A model generated the notes under the pieces. It searched no databases and had not been told where the DNA came from. It was given only the letters and a program-made list of their open reading frames with translations. Made by a program: the position numbers and the translations under genes. From NCBI GenBank assembly GCA_963844415.1, contig CAWJOA010000006.1:202500-266499 (forward strand): 64,000 nt of DNA. The letters run 5' to 3'. Below, piece after piece: positions 38,038 through 51,357 of this stretch (its first letter is position 1; each line of letters starts with the position of its first letter). Source of the DNA: an uncultured Chloroflexia bacterium. GTDB lineage: Bacteria > Chloroflexota > Limnocylindria > QHBO01.

Positions 38038-40119
38038 ATGACGACGATGAAGGAGAGCGCGCGGCGCGTGGCCGAGGCCGTGAGCGACGCGCGCGAGCCC
38101 GACGCCGGCGCGGTCGGCACGCGGCGCAGCATCGTGATCGAGCGCATCACCCCGCAGCTCGACGGCGGCCGCCATCCGGTCAAGCGCGTCGTCGGCGACC
38201 AGCTCCTCGTGACCGCCGACATCCTCGCCGATGGACACGACCTGCTCGACGCGGCGCTCCTCGTTCGTCCCGACGACGAGGGGGGCTGGCATGAGGCGCC
38301 GATGCGGCCCATCGAGGACGACCGCTGGTCGGGCCACGTCGAACTGACCCGGAACCGCTGGCATCGGTACGCGATCGAGGCCTGGCGCGACGCCTGGGGC
38401 AGCTGGAGGCAGGGGCTGCACAAGAAGGTCGAGGCCGGGGTGCCGGTCGCGACCGAGATCGAGGAGGGGCGCGTTCTGATCGAGGGCACGCTCCCCCGCG
38501 CCGAGCACGCCGAGGCGGCCGACGACCTCCGCATCCTGCGAGCCGCGCTCGCCGCGCTCCGTCGCGCGCGCTCCGACCCCGCCCGCGTGAAGGCGCTCGA
38601 CACTGACGACGTCCTCGCCGCCATGCGGCGTCATCCCGATCGCGGGTTCGCCAGCCGGTCCGCGGAGCTGCCGCTCGTCGTCGACCGCGAGCGCGCGCGC
38701 TTCGGCGCGTGGTACGAGCTCTTCCCGCGCTCGCAGGGCCGTGACCCGAAGCAGCCGGCGCCGACGACCTTCGCCGAGGCAGAGTGGCGTCTGCCCGACA
38801 TCGCGGCGATGGGGTTCGACGTCGTCTACGTGCCGCCGATCCACCCGATCGGTCGAACGAACCGCAAGGGTCGCAACAATTCGCTCGACGCCGGTGTGGA
38901 CGATCCCGGCTCGCCGTACGCGATCGGCTCCGCCGAGGGCGGGCACGACGCGGTCGCGCCGGAGCTCGGCGGCCTCGACGGGCTCGTCGGCTTTCGCCGG
39001 GCGGTCGAGGCCAACGGCATGGAGCTGGCGATGGACATCGCCATCCAGGCAGCTCCCGACCACCCATCCGTGACGTCCAATCCGGAGTGGTTCCGCCACT
39101 CTCCCGACGGCAGCATCAAGTACGCGGAGAACCCGCCGAAGAAGTACCAGGACATCTACCCGATCGACTTCACCGGGCCCGATGGCGCCGCGCGCGCGGC
39201 GCTCTGGCTCGAGTGGAAGCGCATCTTCGAGGCCTGGATCGGTCACGGCGTGAGGATCTTCCGGGTCGACAACCCGCACACGAAGCCGATCCCGTTCTGG
39301 GCCTGGCTCATTCGCGAGATCCAGGCCGACCATCCCGACGTGATCTTCCTGTCGGAGGCGTTCACGAAGCCGAAGATGATGCGGCTTCTCGCGAAGATCG
39401 GCTTCACCCAGAGCTACACGTACTTCACCTGGCGCGAATCGGCGTGGGAGCTGCGCCAGTACCTCACCGAGCTCACCGAGAGCGAGATGCGCGAGTACTT
39501 CCGCGGCAACCTGTTCACGAACACCCCGGACATCAACCCGCACCATCTCGACGCCGGGCATCCGGCGTTCGTCATCCGCTCGGTCCTCGCCGCGACGCTG
39601 TCCAGCTCGTATGGGATCTACTCCGGCTGGGAGCTGTGCGAGAACGCGCGACTCGGAGAGCGCGAGGAGTACCTCGACAGCGAGAAGTACGAGATCCGCG
39701 CCCGCGACTGGGACGCGACGGGGAACATCAAGCCGCTGATCACCGGCCTCAACCGGCTGCGGCACGAGCGTCCCGCCCTCCAGCGCTACGACAACCTGCG
39801 CTTCCAGGAGGCGACCGGCGAGCGAACGCTGTTCTATCGCAAGGCGATGCCGCACGGCAAGGTCGATCCGCTCACCGGGTTCCCGAACCGATGGCGCGAC
39901 CCGGTGTTCGTGGCGGTCAACACCGATCCGACGATCGCGGAGCGCGCGATCCTGCACCCCGACCTGCCGGCCATCGGGCTCGGCTGGGACGAGCCGTATC
40001 GCCTCACCGACCTGCTGACGGGAGCCTCGACCCGGGAGCACGGCGCGGACCTCGCGGTCGACCTCGACCCGGCCGCCGAGCCGTTCCGGATCTTCACGAT
40101 CGCTGCGCTCGAGCGCTGA
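38038..40119 (+). CDS. glgE: Alpha-1,4-glucan:maltose-1-phosphate maltosyltransferase
   Basis: [64 protein letters not shown] and [10 protein letters not shown] motifs. Confidence 0.96.
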   Translation: MTTMKESARRVAEAVSDAREPDAGAVGTRRSIVIERITPQLDGGRHPVKRVVGDQLLVTADILADGHDLLDAALLVRPDDEGGWHEAPMRPIEDDRWSGHVELTRNRWHRYAIEAWRDAWGSWRQGLHKKVEAGVPVATEIEEGRVLIEGTLPRAEHAEAADDLRILRAALAALRRARSDPARVKALDTDDVLAAMRRHPDRGFASRSAELPLVVDRERARFGAWYELFPRSQGRDPKQPAPTTFAEAEWRLPDIAAMGFDVVYVPPIHPIGRTNRKGRNNSLDAGVDDPGSPYAIGSAEGGHDAVAPELGGLDGLVGFRRAVEANGMELAMDIAIQAAPDHPSVTSNPEWFRHSPDGSIKYAENPPKKYQDIYPIDFTGPDGAARAALWLEWKRIFEAWIGHGVRIFRVDNPHTKPIPFWAWLIREIQADHPDVIFLSEAFTKPKMMRLLAKIGFTQSYTYFTWRESAWELRQYLTELTESEMREYFRGNLFTNTPDINPHHLDAGHPAFVIRSVLAATLSSSYGIYSGWELCENARLGEREEYLDSEKYEIRARDWDATGNIKPLITGLNRLRHERPALQRYDNLRFQEATGERTLFYRKAMPHGKVDPLTGFPNRWRDPVFVAVNTDPTIAERAILHPDLPAIGLGWDEPYRLTDLLTGASTREHGADLAVDLDPAAEPFRIFTIAALER

Positions 40120-40126
40120 ACGTCCG

Positions 40127-41830
<1,704 letters not shown>

Positions 41831-41838
<8 letters not shown>

Positions 41839-42382
41839 GCCGGTCGCGAGGATCCGGCTCGCGTTGCCCGACGACGCCGACGCGCTGGCTCAGGTGACCC
41901 GGCGGGCATACGACGCGACCTATCCGGGCATCGTCCCGGCCGAGGTCCTCGCCGAGTGGATCGAGTCGGCACCTGCCATGTGGCAGGGGGCGTTCGACAA
42001 CCGTGAGCCTGAGAGCGCGTGGCGGCCGTGGGTCGCCGAGCGCGACGGAGCGGTCATCGGCTATGCGACCACCACGCCCGGGAAGGACTGGTGGTTGCCC
42101 CCGCCCGACGGCGCCGGCGAGCTGACGAACCTGTACCTCGATCCCGCCGTGATCGGTACGGGCGTCGGCGGCGCGCTGTACGACCACGCGGTTGCCGACC
42201 TCCGCGCGCGTGGCTTCAACCCGTTCGTGGTCTGGGCGTTCCGCGACAACGAGCGCGCGCGACGGTTCTACGAGGGCAAGGGCCTGGCGATCGATGTCCC
42301 GGACCACGACTGGATGCTCGGCGACGTGCCGTGCCCGATCGTCCGTTTCCGCGTCGACTGGCCCGCCAACGGCACGGGATGA
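41831..42382 (+). CDS. GNAT-family N-acetyltransferase
   Basis: GEL..LY.DP...GTGVG..L and N.RARRFYE..G motifs. Confidence 0.88.
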
Positions 42383-43605
42383 TCCCCGCCGACCTCGCTT
42401 CGCGCCGCTGGTTCCGCTCCAAGCAGCGCCCGATCGCCTCCATCACCGTCGTCGACCAGGCGCCGATCGGCCCGGGCGCGCTCGTCGTGCTCGAGGTCGC
42501 CTTCGCCGACGGCGGCCCGCCGGAGCGCTACCTGGCGCCGACGGTCGATGGCCGCGAGCCGGCCGACGGCGAGGGCGCCTGGACCGCGGTGGCAGCGGCG
42601 ATCGGTCGCGAGGAGCGCATCGGTCCATTCGTGGCTCACCGCGCGGCCGGGTTCGAGGCTGGCCCGCTGGACGAGCGGCGCCTCACCGTCGAGCAGTCGA
42701 ACACCTCGGTCGTGCTCGGTGAGCGGCTCATCCTCAAGCTGTATCGGCTCCTCGAGCCGGGCGACAACCCGGACCTGGAGATCGGCGCCTTCCTGACCGA
42801 TGCCGGCTTCACCGACACCCCGGCCCTGGCCGGATCGATCACCTACGAGACCGATGACGTCCACGCCGCCGCGGCGATGCTCCAGGCATTCGTTCCCGGC
42901 GCGGGCGACGCCTGGGGCGCGATGCTGGGCGCCCTCGCCTCGGAACCAGAACGCGGCATCGACATGGCCGCGCGGATCGGCGACCTGACCTCACGCCTGC
43001 ACCGCTGCCTGGCGTCGCGGCCGGACGATCCGGCCTTTCCCGCGCGTCCGGCGACGGTCGAGGAGACGGCCGCGTGGCGAGCGTCGGCCGAGCGGCAGCT
43101 GACACTCGCCACCGACGCGCTGCGCGGCGCCGAGCACGAGCGGCTGGTCACGCTGGCGCCGGGCGTGCGAGCCCGCTTCGCCGATGCGTTCGGATCGGCC
43201 GCCGGTGGCGCACCGGTCAGCCGCATCCACGGCGACTTCCATCTCGGCCAGCTCCTGGCGCGGCCGGACGGCGGGTTCAGCGTCATCGACTTCGAGGGGG
43301 AGCCGGCACGGCCGTTGGCCGAGCGCCGGGCGCCGTCGTCGCCGCTGCGCGACGTGGCCGGCATGCTGCGCAGCCTCGACTATGCGGCCCGCACTGCCGA
43401 GCGCGAGAGCGGGTTCGTCGCCGACGCGTGGCTGCACGAAGCCCGCGACGGGTTCCTGCGCGCCTACGGCGACGTCGACGCGGGGCTGCTGGCTGCCTTC
43501 GAGCTAGAGAAGGCGTGCTACGAGGTGCGCTACGAGGCCGGCATGCGGCCCGACTGGCTATGGCTGCCGATGGCCGCCGTCGAGCGCCTGGTCGGAGCCG
43601 CCTGA
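42379..43605 (+). CDS. mak: Maltokinase (Mak/Pep2-like)
   Basis: RWFRSK, EQSNTS, LKLYR, G.NPD.E, RIHGDFHLGQ, IDFEGEP, RDVAGMLRS.DYA and KA.YEV.YE motifs. Confidence 0.9.
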   Translation: MIPADLASRRWFRSKQRPIASITVVDQAPIGPGALVVLEVAFADGGPPERYLAPTVDGREPADGEGAWTAVAAAIGREERIGPFVAHRAAGFEAGPLDERRLTVEQSNTSVVLGERLILKLYRLLEPGDNPDLEIGAFLTDAGFTDTPALAGSITYETDDVHAAAAMLQAFVPGAGDAWGAMLGALASEPERGIDMAARIGDLTSRLHRCLASRPDDPAFPARPATVEETAAWRASAERQLTLATDALRGAEHERLVTLAPGVRARFADAFGSAAGGAPVSRIHGDFHLGQLLARPDGGFSVIDFEGEPARPLAERRAPSSPLRDVAGMLRSLDYAARTAERESGFVADAWLHEARDGFLRAYGDVDAGLLAAFELEKACYEVRYEAGMRPDWLWLPMAAVERLVGAA

Positions 43606-44514
43606 GGAGACCATCGCCGCCCACCACGCGGGATCGGGCCGAAAGGGAGCCGCCGCGACTCCGACCGCGTTGGTCTCGAACCGATAGACGAGCCCTGCCG
43701 CCGGATCGGCGTGACGCTGCTCGTCGCTCCAGCCCTCGGTCGCCGTCGTGACGTACAGCCGGTGCAGGCCGGTGCCGGCGAAGGCGCACGACGTCGTCTC
43801 CGCCGCGGGCAGTCGCAGCTCGTCGCGGAGCGAGCCGTCGGCAGCGTAGCGGCGGACCCGTCCGCCGCCCCAGACGGCCACCCACAGGTCACCCTCGGCA
43901 TCGACGGCGAGACCATCCGGCGCTCCGACGTCCTGTGGCAGTTCGATGAGCACACGGCCGTCGGAGATCGTGCCCCGCTCGCCGTCGAACGAGAAGGCAT
44001 GCACGAGGCGGGGCGCGGAGTCGGCGAGGTACATCGTCGCGCCATCGGGGCTCCAGCCGATGCCATTGGAGATCGTGAGACCGTCGAGCATCCGCTCGGT
44101 GCGCCCATCGCGCGCGAGCCGGTACAGCGCTCCGGCCCCGACGTGGCCGTCGTGCGCCATTGTGCCCGCCCAGAAGCGGCCCTGCGGGTCGCACGCTGCG
44201 TCGTTCATCCGCGTCCCGACCGGAGCGACGTCGACGAGCGCCTGCACCGCGCCGTCGAGCGCCAGGTAGGCCACGCCACGGTTCGATGCCAGCAGCCAGC
44301 CGTCGTCGCCCTCGATCGGCGCGATCGCGCCAACGGTCCCGGGGACGTCGTAAGCACGAATCGGAACGAGCGTGCCATCGGCCTCTACCCGGTCGCGGAA
44401 GACGCGGCCGGCGGCGATGTCGACCCGCAGCAGCTCGCCGCGGCGGGCGTCCCACCGGGCTCCTTCGCCGAGGATGTTCTGCTCGGTCGTGCTTGGAATG
44501 GCCGTATCGGTCAT
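43558..44514 (-). CDS. SMP-30/gluconolactonase family protein
   Basis: LGEG.RWD, RMND..CDP.GRFWAGTM, ISNG..WSPD, PDG..VD.EG and LYVTTA motifs. Confidence 0.92.
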   Translation of the reverse strand: MTDTAIPSTTEQNILGEGARWDARRGELLRVDIAAGRVFRDRVEADGTLVPIRAYDVPGTVGAIAPIEGDDGWLLASNRGVAYLALDGAVQALVDVAPVGTRMNDAACDPQGRFWAGTMAHDGHVGAGALYRLARDGRTERMLDGLTISNGIGWSPDGATMYLADSAPRLVHAFSFDGERGTISDGRVLIELPQDVGAPDGLAVDAEGDLWVAVWGGGRVRRYAADGSLRDELRLPAAETTSCAFAGTGLHRLYVTTATEGWSDEQRHADPAAGLVYRFETNAVGVAAAPFRPDPAWWAAMVSSGGSDQALDGGHRQP

Positions 44515-44546
44515 CGTCGGTCGGAGGATGGCATGCTTTCCGTGCC

Positions 44547-44981
44547 ATGGGCGAAGGGCTCGACCAGACGCCGGCGAAGCCGCCGCGTCCACCGCTGGCG
44601 GTCATCCGGCCGTTCACGACGCACGTCTTCAACCCGATCAGCCGCCGGTTCGCGCGCTGGCTGCCCGGCTTCGGGATCCTCGGCTACCGAGGTCGCACGA
44701 CGGGCAAGGCGTATCGCACGCCGCTCAACGTCTTCCGCCACGGCGACGACTGGGTCGTCGCCCTCACCTACGGGTCGGACGTGCAGTGGGTGAAGAACGT
44801 GCTCGCCTCGGGCGAGGCGACGCTCGAGACGGGACGCAGGCGCATCCGCCTCGTCGATCCGGAGGTCCTCGTGGACCCCGAGCGCCGGCTCATGCGGTTC
44901 CCGGTGCGCCAGGTCCTCGGCCTCATGCGCGTCAGCGAGTTCATGCGCCTGCGCCCAGCCGAAGGCCCGGAGCACCGGTGA
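44547..44981 (+). CDS. Deazaflavin (F420)-dependent nitroreductase-family protein
   Basis: RGR.TGK.YRTPL and LTYG...QWVKNV.A.G motifs. Confidence 0.85.
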   Translation: MGEGLDQTPAKPPRPPLAVIRPFTTHVFNPISRRFARWLPGFGILGYRGRTTGKAYRTPLNVFRHGDDWVVALTYGSDVQWVKNVLASGEATLETGRRRIRLVDPEVLVDPERRLMRFPVRQVLGLMRVSEFMRLRPAEGPEHR

Positions 44982-45087
44982 TCTCCGCTGCCGCGACCCC
45001 GCAGCCACGCTCGCTGCGAGCGACACTCGCAGGTGCCGCGGCGCCGATGCCGCTCGCGCGGCACCGGTTCGATGGTATTGATGCTGA

Positions 45088-47223
45088 ATGGCAGTGAGGG
45101 TCTGGCGCGGCGATCCGTATCCGCTCGGCGCGACCTGGGACGGGTCGGGCGTCAACTTCGCGATCTTCAGTGAGCATGCCGACGCGGTGGACCTGTGCCT
45201 CTTCGCCGAGCAGGGCGGCGACGAGCAGCGCATCCGTCTCACCGAGCAGACCGACCTCGTCTGGCACGCCTACCTGCCCGACGGCCGCCCGGGGCAGCGC
45301 TACGGCTACCGCGTGCACGGGCCGTACGAGCCGGGGCGGGGGCATCGGTTCAACCCGGCCAAGCTGCTGATCGATCCCTATGCGAAGCGGATCGATCAGG
45401 CAGTGGAGTGGGACGACTCGCTGTTCGGCTACCGCATCGGCTCCGATGGCGATGAGCCGGACGACCGGGACTCGGCGCCGTTCGTGCCGAAGGGCGTCGT
45501 CGTCGATCCGGCCTTCGTGTGGGGCGGCGACGAGCGCCTGCGGACGCCGCTCGAGCGCACCCTCATCTACGAGGTCCACGTCAAGGGCTTCACCCGGCTC
45601 CATCCCGACGTGCCCGACGAGCTCCGCGGGACGTACGCCGGGCTGGCGTCGGGTCCGGCCATCGAGTACCTGACCGGGCTGGGCATCACCGCCGTCGAGC
45701 TGCTCCCCGTCCACCAGCACGTCGACGAGCGCCACCTGGTCGAGCGCGGTCTCGTGAACTACTGGGGCTACAACACGATCGGCTTCTTCGCGCCCGACAT
45801 CCGCTTCAGCGCCACCGGCGACCCGGTCAGCGAGTTCAAGTCGATGGTGAAGCGGCTGCACGACGCCGGCATCGAGGTCATCCTCGACGTCGTCTACAAC
45901 CACACCGGGGAGAGCAACCACAACGGCCCGACGCTCGCGTTCCGGGGGATCGACAACCACGCCTACTACCGCCTCGACCCCGACGACAAGTCACGCTACG
46001 TCGACTACACCGGCACCGGCAACACGCTCGACGCCACGTCGCCGCGCGTGCTCCAGCTGATCATGGACTCGCTGCGCTACTGGATCACCGAGATGCACGT
46101 CGACGGCTTCCGCTTCGACCTCGCTTCGGCACTGGCGCGGGAGCTCCACGACGTCGACAAGCTCGGCAGCTTCTTCGACATCATCCACCAGGACCCGATC
46201 ATCAGCCAGGTCAAGCTCATCGCCGAGCCGTGGGACGTCGGGCCCGGCGGCTACCAGGTCGGCAACTTCCCGGTCGGCTGGGCCGAGTGGAACGGCAAGT
46301 ACCGCGACACCGTGCGCCGCTTCTGGAAGGGGATCGGCAGCCAGGCCGGCGAGCTCGCGTATCGGCTCAGCGGCTCGTCCGATCTCTATGCCAGCTCGGG
46401 GCGCCGTCCGCACGCCAGCATCAATTTCGTGACGGCCCATGACGGCTTCACGCTCAACGACCTGGTGTCGTATGAGCAGAAGCACAACGAGGCCAACGCC
46501 GAGGGCAACCGCGACGGCGACGACAACAACGAGAGCATGAACTTCGGCGTCGAGGGCGAGACCGATGACGAGGCGGTCATCGAGGCGCGCGAGAAGCAGA
46601 AGCGCAACCTCCTCGCCACGCTGCTGCTGAGCCAGGGCGTGCCGATGCTGCTCGGCGGCGACGAGATCGGCCGCAGCCAGCGCGGCAACAACAACGGGTA
46701 TGCGCAGGACAGCGAGATCAGCTGGTTCTCCTGGTCGCTGGCCCGGCGCGACCGGCAGCTGCTCGCCTTCACCCGCTCGATGATCCGGCTGCTGAAGTCG
46801 CATCCGGTGCTGCGCCGCCGCCAGTTCTTCCAGGGCCGCCAGATCCGCGGCTCGCGGGTGAAGGACCTCACCTGGTTCGCGCCGGACGGCACCGAGATGA
46901 CCGACGAGCAGTGGCGCGCTTCCGGCGCGCGCACACTGGCGGTCCAGTTCGCCGGTGACGCGATCGACGACCGCGGGCCGCGTGGGGAGAAGATCGTCGA
47001 CGACACGCTGCTCGTCATCCTCAACGCCGACGAGCGACCCGTGGCCTTCACGTTGCCGAACCACGAGTCCGCGCGGCGGTGGGAGGTGGTGTTCGACACC
47101 GTCCACGCATCGTTCACCGCGGCGCACGGCGAGCACGATGGCGGGGCGGCCTACCGCGTCGGTGAGCGCTCGGTGGTCTGCCTGCGGCGGCTCCCGCGGG
47201 TGCGGCGCATCACCGAGGGATGA
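45088..47223 (+). CDS. glgX: Glycogen debranching enzyme
   Basis: [52 protein letters not shown] and SQGVPM motifs. Confidence 0.97.
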   Translation: MAVRVWRGDPYPLGATWDGSGVNFAIFSEHADAVDLCLFAEQGGDEQRIRLTEQTDLVWHAYLPDGRPGQRYGYRVHGPYEPGRGHRFNPAKLLIDPYAKRIDQAVEWDDSLFGYRIGSDGDEPDDRDSAPFVPKGVVVDPAFVWGGDERLRTPLERTLIYEVHVKGFTRLHPDVPDELRGTYAGLASGPAIEYLTGLGITAVELLPVHQHVDERHLVERGLVNYWGYNTIGFFAPDIRFSATGDPVSEFKSMVKRLHDAGIEVILDVVYNHTGESNHNGPTLAFRGIDNHAYYRLDPDDKSRYVDYTGTGNTLDATSPRVLQLIMDSLRYWITEMHVDGFRFDLASALARELHDVDKLGSFFDIIHQDPIISQVKLIAEPWDVGPGGYQVGNFPVGWAEWNGKYRDTVRRFWKGIGSQAGELAYRLSGSSDLYASSGRRPHASINFVTAHDGFTLNDLVSYEQKHNEANAEGNRDGDDNNESMNFGVEGETDDEAVIEAREKQKRNLLATLLLSQGVPMLLGGDEIGRSQRGNNNGYAQDSEISWFSWSLARRDRQLLAFTRSMIRLLKSHPVLRRRQFFQGRQIRGSRVKDLTWFAPDGTEMTDEQWRASGARTLAVQFAGDAIDDRGPRGEKIVDDTLLVILNADERPVAFTLPNHESARRWEVVFDTVHASFTAAHGEHDGGAAYRVGERSVVCLRRLPRVRRITEG

Positions 47224-49032
47224 CCGCCGCGGACCTCGTCCCGAACTCGTACGTCGACGCCTTTCGCAAGCGCCGGACGATCGCACCGGATGTGCGCGAG
47301 GCAGTGCTCGCGGCGATGGGGCTCGGTCCGGACCAGGAGCCGACGGACGACGGACGGGTCGTCATCGCCCGACCGGGTGAGCGGCTGCCGGACCCCGGCG
47401 AGATCGTGCTCGAGGACGGCAGCCGCGTTGGGGCGCGTCGAGTCGCTGCCGGCCGACATGCCGTTCGGCTACCACCACCTCGCTCGCGACGACGGCGGCG
47501 AAACCCTGCTCATCAGCGGGCCGGGACGCTGCCATCTGCCGGCGGGCCTGCGCGCGTGGGGCTGGGCCGCGCAGCTCGCGACGACGCGGTCGCGGCGGTC
47601 ATGGGGCATCGGCGACCTCGGCGACCTGCGGGAGCTGGCCGCCTGGTCGCGCCGGGTCGGCGCCGGGTTCGTGACGGTCAGCCCGCTGGGCGCGCCGAAC
47701 CCGACGGCCGATCCGGAGCCGAGCCCGTACTTCACCAGCACGCGGCGCTTCGGCAGCCCGCTCGCGCTGCGCGCCGAGGAGCTCCCCGGGGCCACCGAGC
47801 TCGACGAGCTCGCCGAGGCCGGCCGCGCCCTCAACGGTGGACGCCTCGTCGACCGCCGGCGAGCGATGGCGCTGAAGATGCGGGCGCTCGAGCGGACGTG
47901 GGCGCGCGGTGCGTTCGACCGCGCCGCGTTCGAGGCCTGGCGTGCCGTTCGGGGTCGTTCGCTCGAGCGATGGGCCCTCTTCTGCGTGCTCACCGAGCGA
48001 CACGGGCCGGGCTGGCAGTCGTGGCCGTCGGTGCTCCACGAATCCGATGGGCCGGCAGCGAGGCAGGTCGCAGCCGAGGCACCGCACCGCATCAGGTTTC
48101 ACGCGTGGGTGCAGTGGTGCTTCGACCTCCAGCTGGCGACGGCCTCCGCCGGCCTGCGGCGCATCGCCGACATGCCCGTGGGGATCGATCCGGGCGGCTT
48201 CGACGCGTGGGAGTGGCAGGAGCAGCTCGCCCTCGGCGCCTCGATCGGCGCGCCGCCGGATCGGTTCAACCCGGCCGGGCAGGACTGGTCGCTGCCGCCG
48301 TTCATCCCGCATCGGTTGCGCGAGGTGGGATATCGGCCGTTCATCGAGACCGTTCGCGACCAGCTGCGCCACGCCGGTGGACTGCGGATCGACCATGTCC
48401 TGGGCCTCTTCCGGCTGTGGTGGATCCCGAAGGGCCTCGGCGCTGGCGCCTACGTTCGCCAGCCGACCGACGAGCTGCTCGAGATCGTGGCGCTCGAGTC
48501 ACACCGGGCCGGCGCGATCGTCATCGGCGAGGATCTGGGAACCGTGCCGCCCGGCGTCCGTCGCGAGCTGCGCAGGCGACGGATGCTCTCGACCCGCCTC
48601 GCCCTCTTCGAGCGCGACCCGCCTGAACGATACCCGCGCCACGCCCTCGCCGGCGTCACGACCCACGACCTGCCGACGGTGGCCGGGACGGTGACCGGCG
48701 CCGATCTCGACGACCAGGCCACGTCCGGCGTGCGCCCCGACCCCGACGGGCTGGCGACCCTGCGCGCCCGCCTGCTGGCCGCGGCCGGGGTCGACGAGGA
48801 CGCCGGGGTCGACGAAGTCGTGCTCGGGTTGCACCGCGCCCTGGCCGCCTCGCCGTCCGCCCTGGTGGTGGCGACGCTCGAGGACGCGCTGCGCGTCGAG
48901 CGGCGGCCGAACCTGCCCGGCACCGTCGCCACTCAGCGTCCGAACTGGTCCATCCCGCTCCCGGTGCCGGTCGAGGATCTCGGCGGAGACGTCCGCGTGC
49001 GCTCGCTGGTCAGGGTGCTGGACCGCGGCTGA
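47220..49032 (+). CDS. malQ: 4-alpha-glucanotransferase (frameshift near 47425)
   Basis: WG...QL...RS..SWGIGD, SPY, D.PVG, GAPPD.FN..GQ.W, RIDHVLG..RLWW, GEDLG, THDLPT and N.PGT....PNW motifs. Confidence 0.92.
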
Positions 49033-49139
49033 GTCGGCGCGCCCCACGCATCGCCTTGTCGGGCAGGACGAGTGTCCGTGCGCGTTATATCACGATCGAT
49101 ATATTCGCTGACAGTTTCGCCGCCCGACCTCCGCCCGGC

Positions 49140-51332
49140 CTAATCCGGTCGAAGCACCAACCCGCTCAGCGGCGGGAGCACGAGGGAAGCGGAGAACGGC
49201 TGCCCGTGCCACGGCTCCTCGACCGCCTCGACGCCGCCGAGATTCCCGAGGTTCGACCCGCCGTAGTGCTCCGAGTCGGAGTTCAGCACCTCGACCCATC
49301 GGCCGCCGACTGGCAGGCCCAGCCGGTACGCGACCCGCGGCACCGGCGTCAGGTTGAGGACCACGACGCACACCTCCCCCGACCCCCGCCGCATCCACGA
49401 GTAGACCGACGACTCGACGTCGGAGGCATCGATCCAGGCGAAGCCATCGGCGTCGTGGTCGGCCGCCCAGAGGGCCGGGGAGGCCAGGTACACGCGGCCG
49501 AGGTCCTCGACGAAGTGCGCGACGCCGGCGTGCATCGGTTCGTCCAGCAGCTCCCACGGCAATCCCCGGTCGTGTGACCACTCGTCCCACGGCGCGATCT
49601 CGGAGCCCATGAAGAGCAGCTTCTTGCCCGGCTGCGCGTACATGTTCAGCAGCAGCGCGCGGAGGTTCGCGAAGCGCTGCCACTCGTCGCCGGGCATCTT
49701 GCGCACGAGGGACCCCTTGCCGTGGACGACCTCGTCGTGGGAGAGCGGCAGGACGAAGTGCTCGGTCGACGCGTAGAGGCCGCGGAACGTCAGGCGGTCG
49801 TGGTGGAAGCGGCGATGGACGGGGTCCTCGGCGAAGTACTCGAGCGTGTCGTGCATCCAGCCCATGTCCCACTTGAAGCCGAAGCCGATGCCGCCGAGAT
49901 ACGTCGGACGCGTGATGCCCGGAAACGACGTGGACTCCTCCGCGATCGTCACGACGCCGGGGAAGCGGCCGTAGACGCGCTCGTTCATATCGCGCAGGAA
50001 GGCGATGGCCTCGAGGTTCTCGCGCCCGCCGTGCACGTTCGGCGTCCACTCCCCGGCCTTGCGCGAGTAGTCGAGGTAGAGCATCGAGGCGACCGCGTCG
50101 ACGCGCAGCCCGTCGACGTGGTAGCGATCGCACCAGAACAGCGCGTTGGCGACGAGGAAGTTGCGCACCTCGGCGCGGCCGAAGTCGAAGATCAGCGTGC
50201 CCCAGTCGGGATGCTCGCCGCGCTGCGGGTCGGCGTGCTCGTACAGCGCGGTGCCGTCGAAGCGGCGCAGGGCGAAGTCGTCGGTCGGGAAGTGGGCCGG
50301 CACCCAGTCCACGATCACCCCGATCCCCGCGTTGTGCAGCACGTCGACCATGGCGGCGAAGTCGTCGGGCGACCCGAAGCGCGAGGTCGGCGCGTAGTAG
50401 CCGGTGACCTGGTAGCCCCACGAGCCGTCGAACGGGTGCTCGGCCACCGGCAGCAGCTCGACATGGGTGAACCCGAACGCGCGGCAGTGCGTGACGAGCT
50501 CCTCGGCCGCCTGGCGGTAGCCCAGCCAGGTGCCATCGGGGTTGCGCATCCAGGAGCCGAGGTGGACCTCGTAGGCCGCCATCGGTGACCGATACGGGTC
50601 CTGCTCGGCTCGCCGGCGCATCCAGTCGTCATCGGTCCATGGATAGACCGATGGATCCCAGACGCGCGACGCCGTCTCGGGTCGGACCTGCATCGCGAAC
50701 GCGAGGGGGTCGGCCTTGAGGCGCAGCTTGCCGTCGGCGCCGAGGATCTCGAACTTGTACAGCTCACCGACACCGATCCCGGGCACGAACAGCTCCCACA
50801 CGCCCGTGGAGCCAAGCGAGCGCATCGGCATCAGCCGGCCGTCCCAGCGGTCGAAGTCGCCGACGATCCGCACACTCCGCGCGTTCGGCGCCCACACCGC
50901 GAAGCTCACGCCGTCGACGCCCTCGTGCGTGCGCGGGTGCGAGCCGAGCACGTCGTACAGCCGCTCGTGCGTCCCCTCACCGATGAGGTGCAGGTCGACC
51001 TCGCCGAGGGTCGGCGCGAACCGATACGGGTCGTCGAGCTCCCAGGTGTTGCCGTCGGCGAAGCCGAAGCGGACGCGATACGCGAACTGGCCGGGCCGCA
51101 GATCGGGGACGAGCCCGGCCCAGAGTCCGTCGCCCAGCGCCTCCATCGACGCGGTGCCGCCGTTCGGCGCCACCAGCCAGGCCGCGTTCGCGTCGGGGTG
51201 GTACGCGCGGACGACCGTCCCGCCGATCGCAGGGTGCGCGCCCAGGATGGCGTGCGGGTCGTGGTGCTCGCCGCTCGCGAGCCGCAGGCGCTCGTCCGCC
51301 GCCGGGCCCTGGTGGATGGCACCGGATGTCAT
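49140..51332 (-). CDS. glgB: 1,4-alpha-glucan branching enzyme
   Basis: FAVWAPNA, YEVHLGSW, EHPFDGSWGYQ, DWVPAHF, DGLRVDAVASMLY, AEEST, KW.MGWM and LSHDEVVHGK motifs. Confidence 0.97.
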   Translation of the reverse strand: MTSGAIHQGPAADERLRLASGEHHDPHAILGAHPAIGGTVVRAYHPDANAAWLVAPNGGTASMEALGDGLWAGLVPDLRPGQFAYRVRFGFADGNTWELDDPYRFAPTLGEVDLHLIGEGTHERLYDVLGSHPRTHEGVDGVSFAVWAPNARSVRIVGDFDRWDGRLMPMRSLGSTGVWELFVPGIGVGELYKFEILGADGKLRLKADPLAFAMQVRPETASRVWDPSVYPWTDDDWMRRRAEQDPYRSPMAAYEVHLGSWMRNPDGTWLGYRQAAEELVTHCRAFGFTHVELLPVAEHPFDGSWGYQVTGYYAPTSRFGSPDDFAAMVDVLHNAGIGVIVDWVPAHFPTDDFALRRFDGTALYEHADPQRGEHPDWGTLIFDFGRAEVRNFLVANALFWCDRYHVDGLRVDAVASMLYLDYSRKAGEWTPNVHGGRENLEAIAFLRDMNERVYGRFPGVVTIAEESTSFPGITRPTYLGGIGFGFKWDMGWMHDTLEYFAEDPVHRRFHHDRLTFRGLYASTEHFVLPLSHDEVVHGKGSLVRKMPGDEWQRFANLRALLLNMYAQPGKKLLFMGSEIAPWDEWSHDRGLPWELLDEPMHAGVAHFVEDLGRVYLASPALWAADHDADGFAWIDASDVESSVYSWMRRGSGEVCVVVLNLTPVPRVAYRLGLPVGGRWVEVLNSDSEHYGGSNLGNLGGVEAVEEPWHGQPFSASLVLPPLSGLVLRPD

Positions 51333-51357
51333 TGCTCAACGATAGCCGCCGTCGCGG

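Noticed and set aside
49078-49110. Possible dif (XerCD) site
   Set aside because: GTGCGC resembles the XerC arm, but no TTATGT-type XerD arm is at the right spacing.
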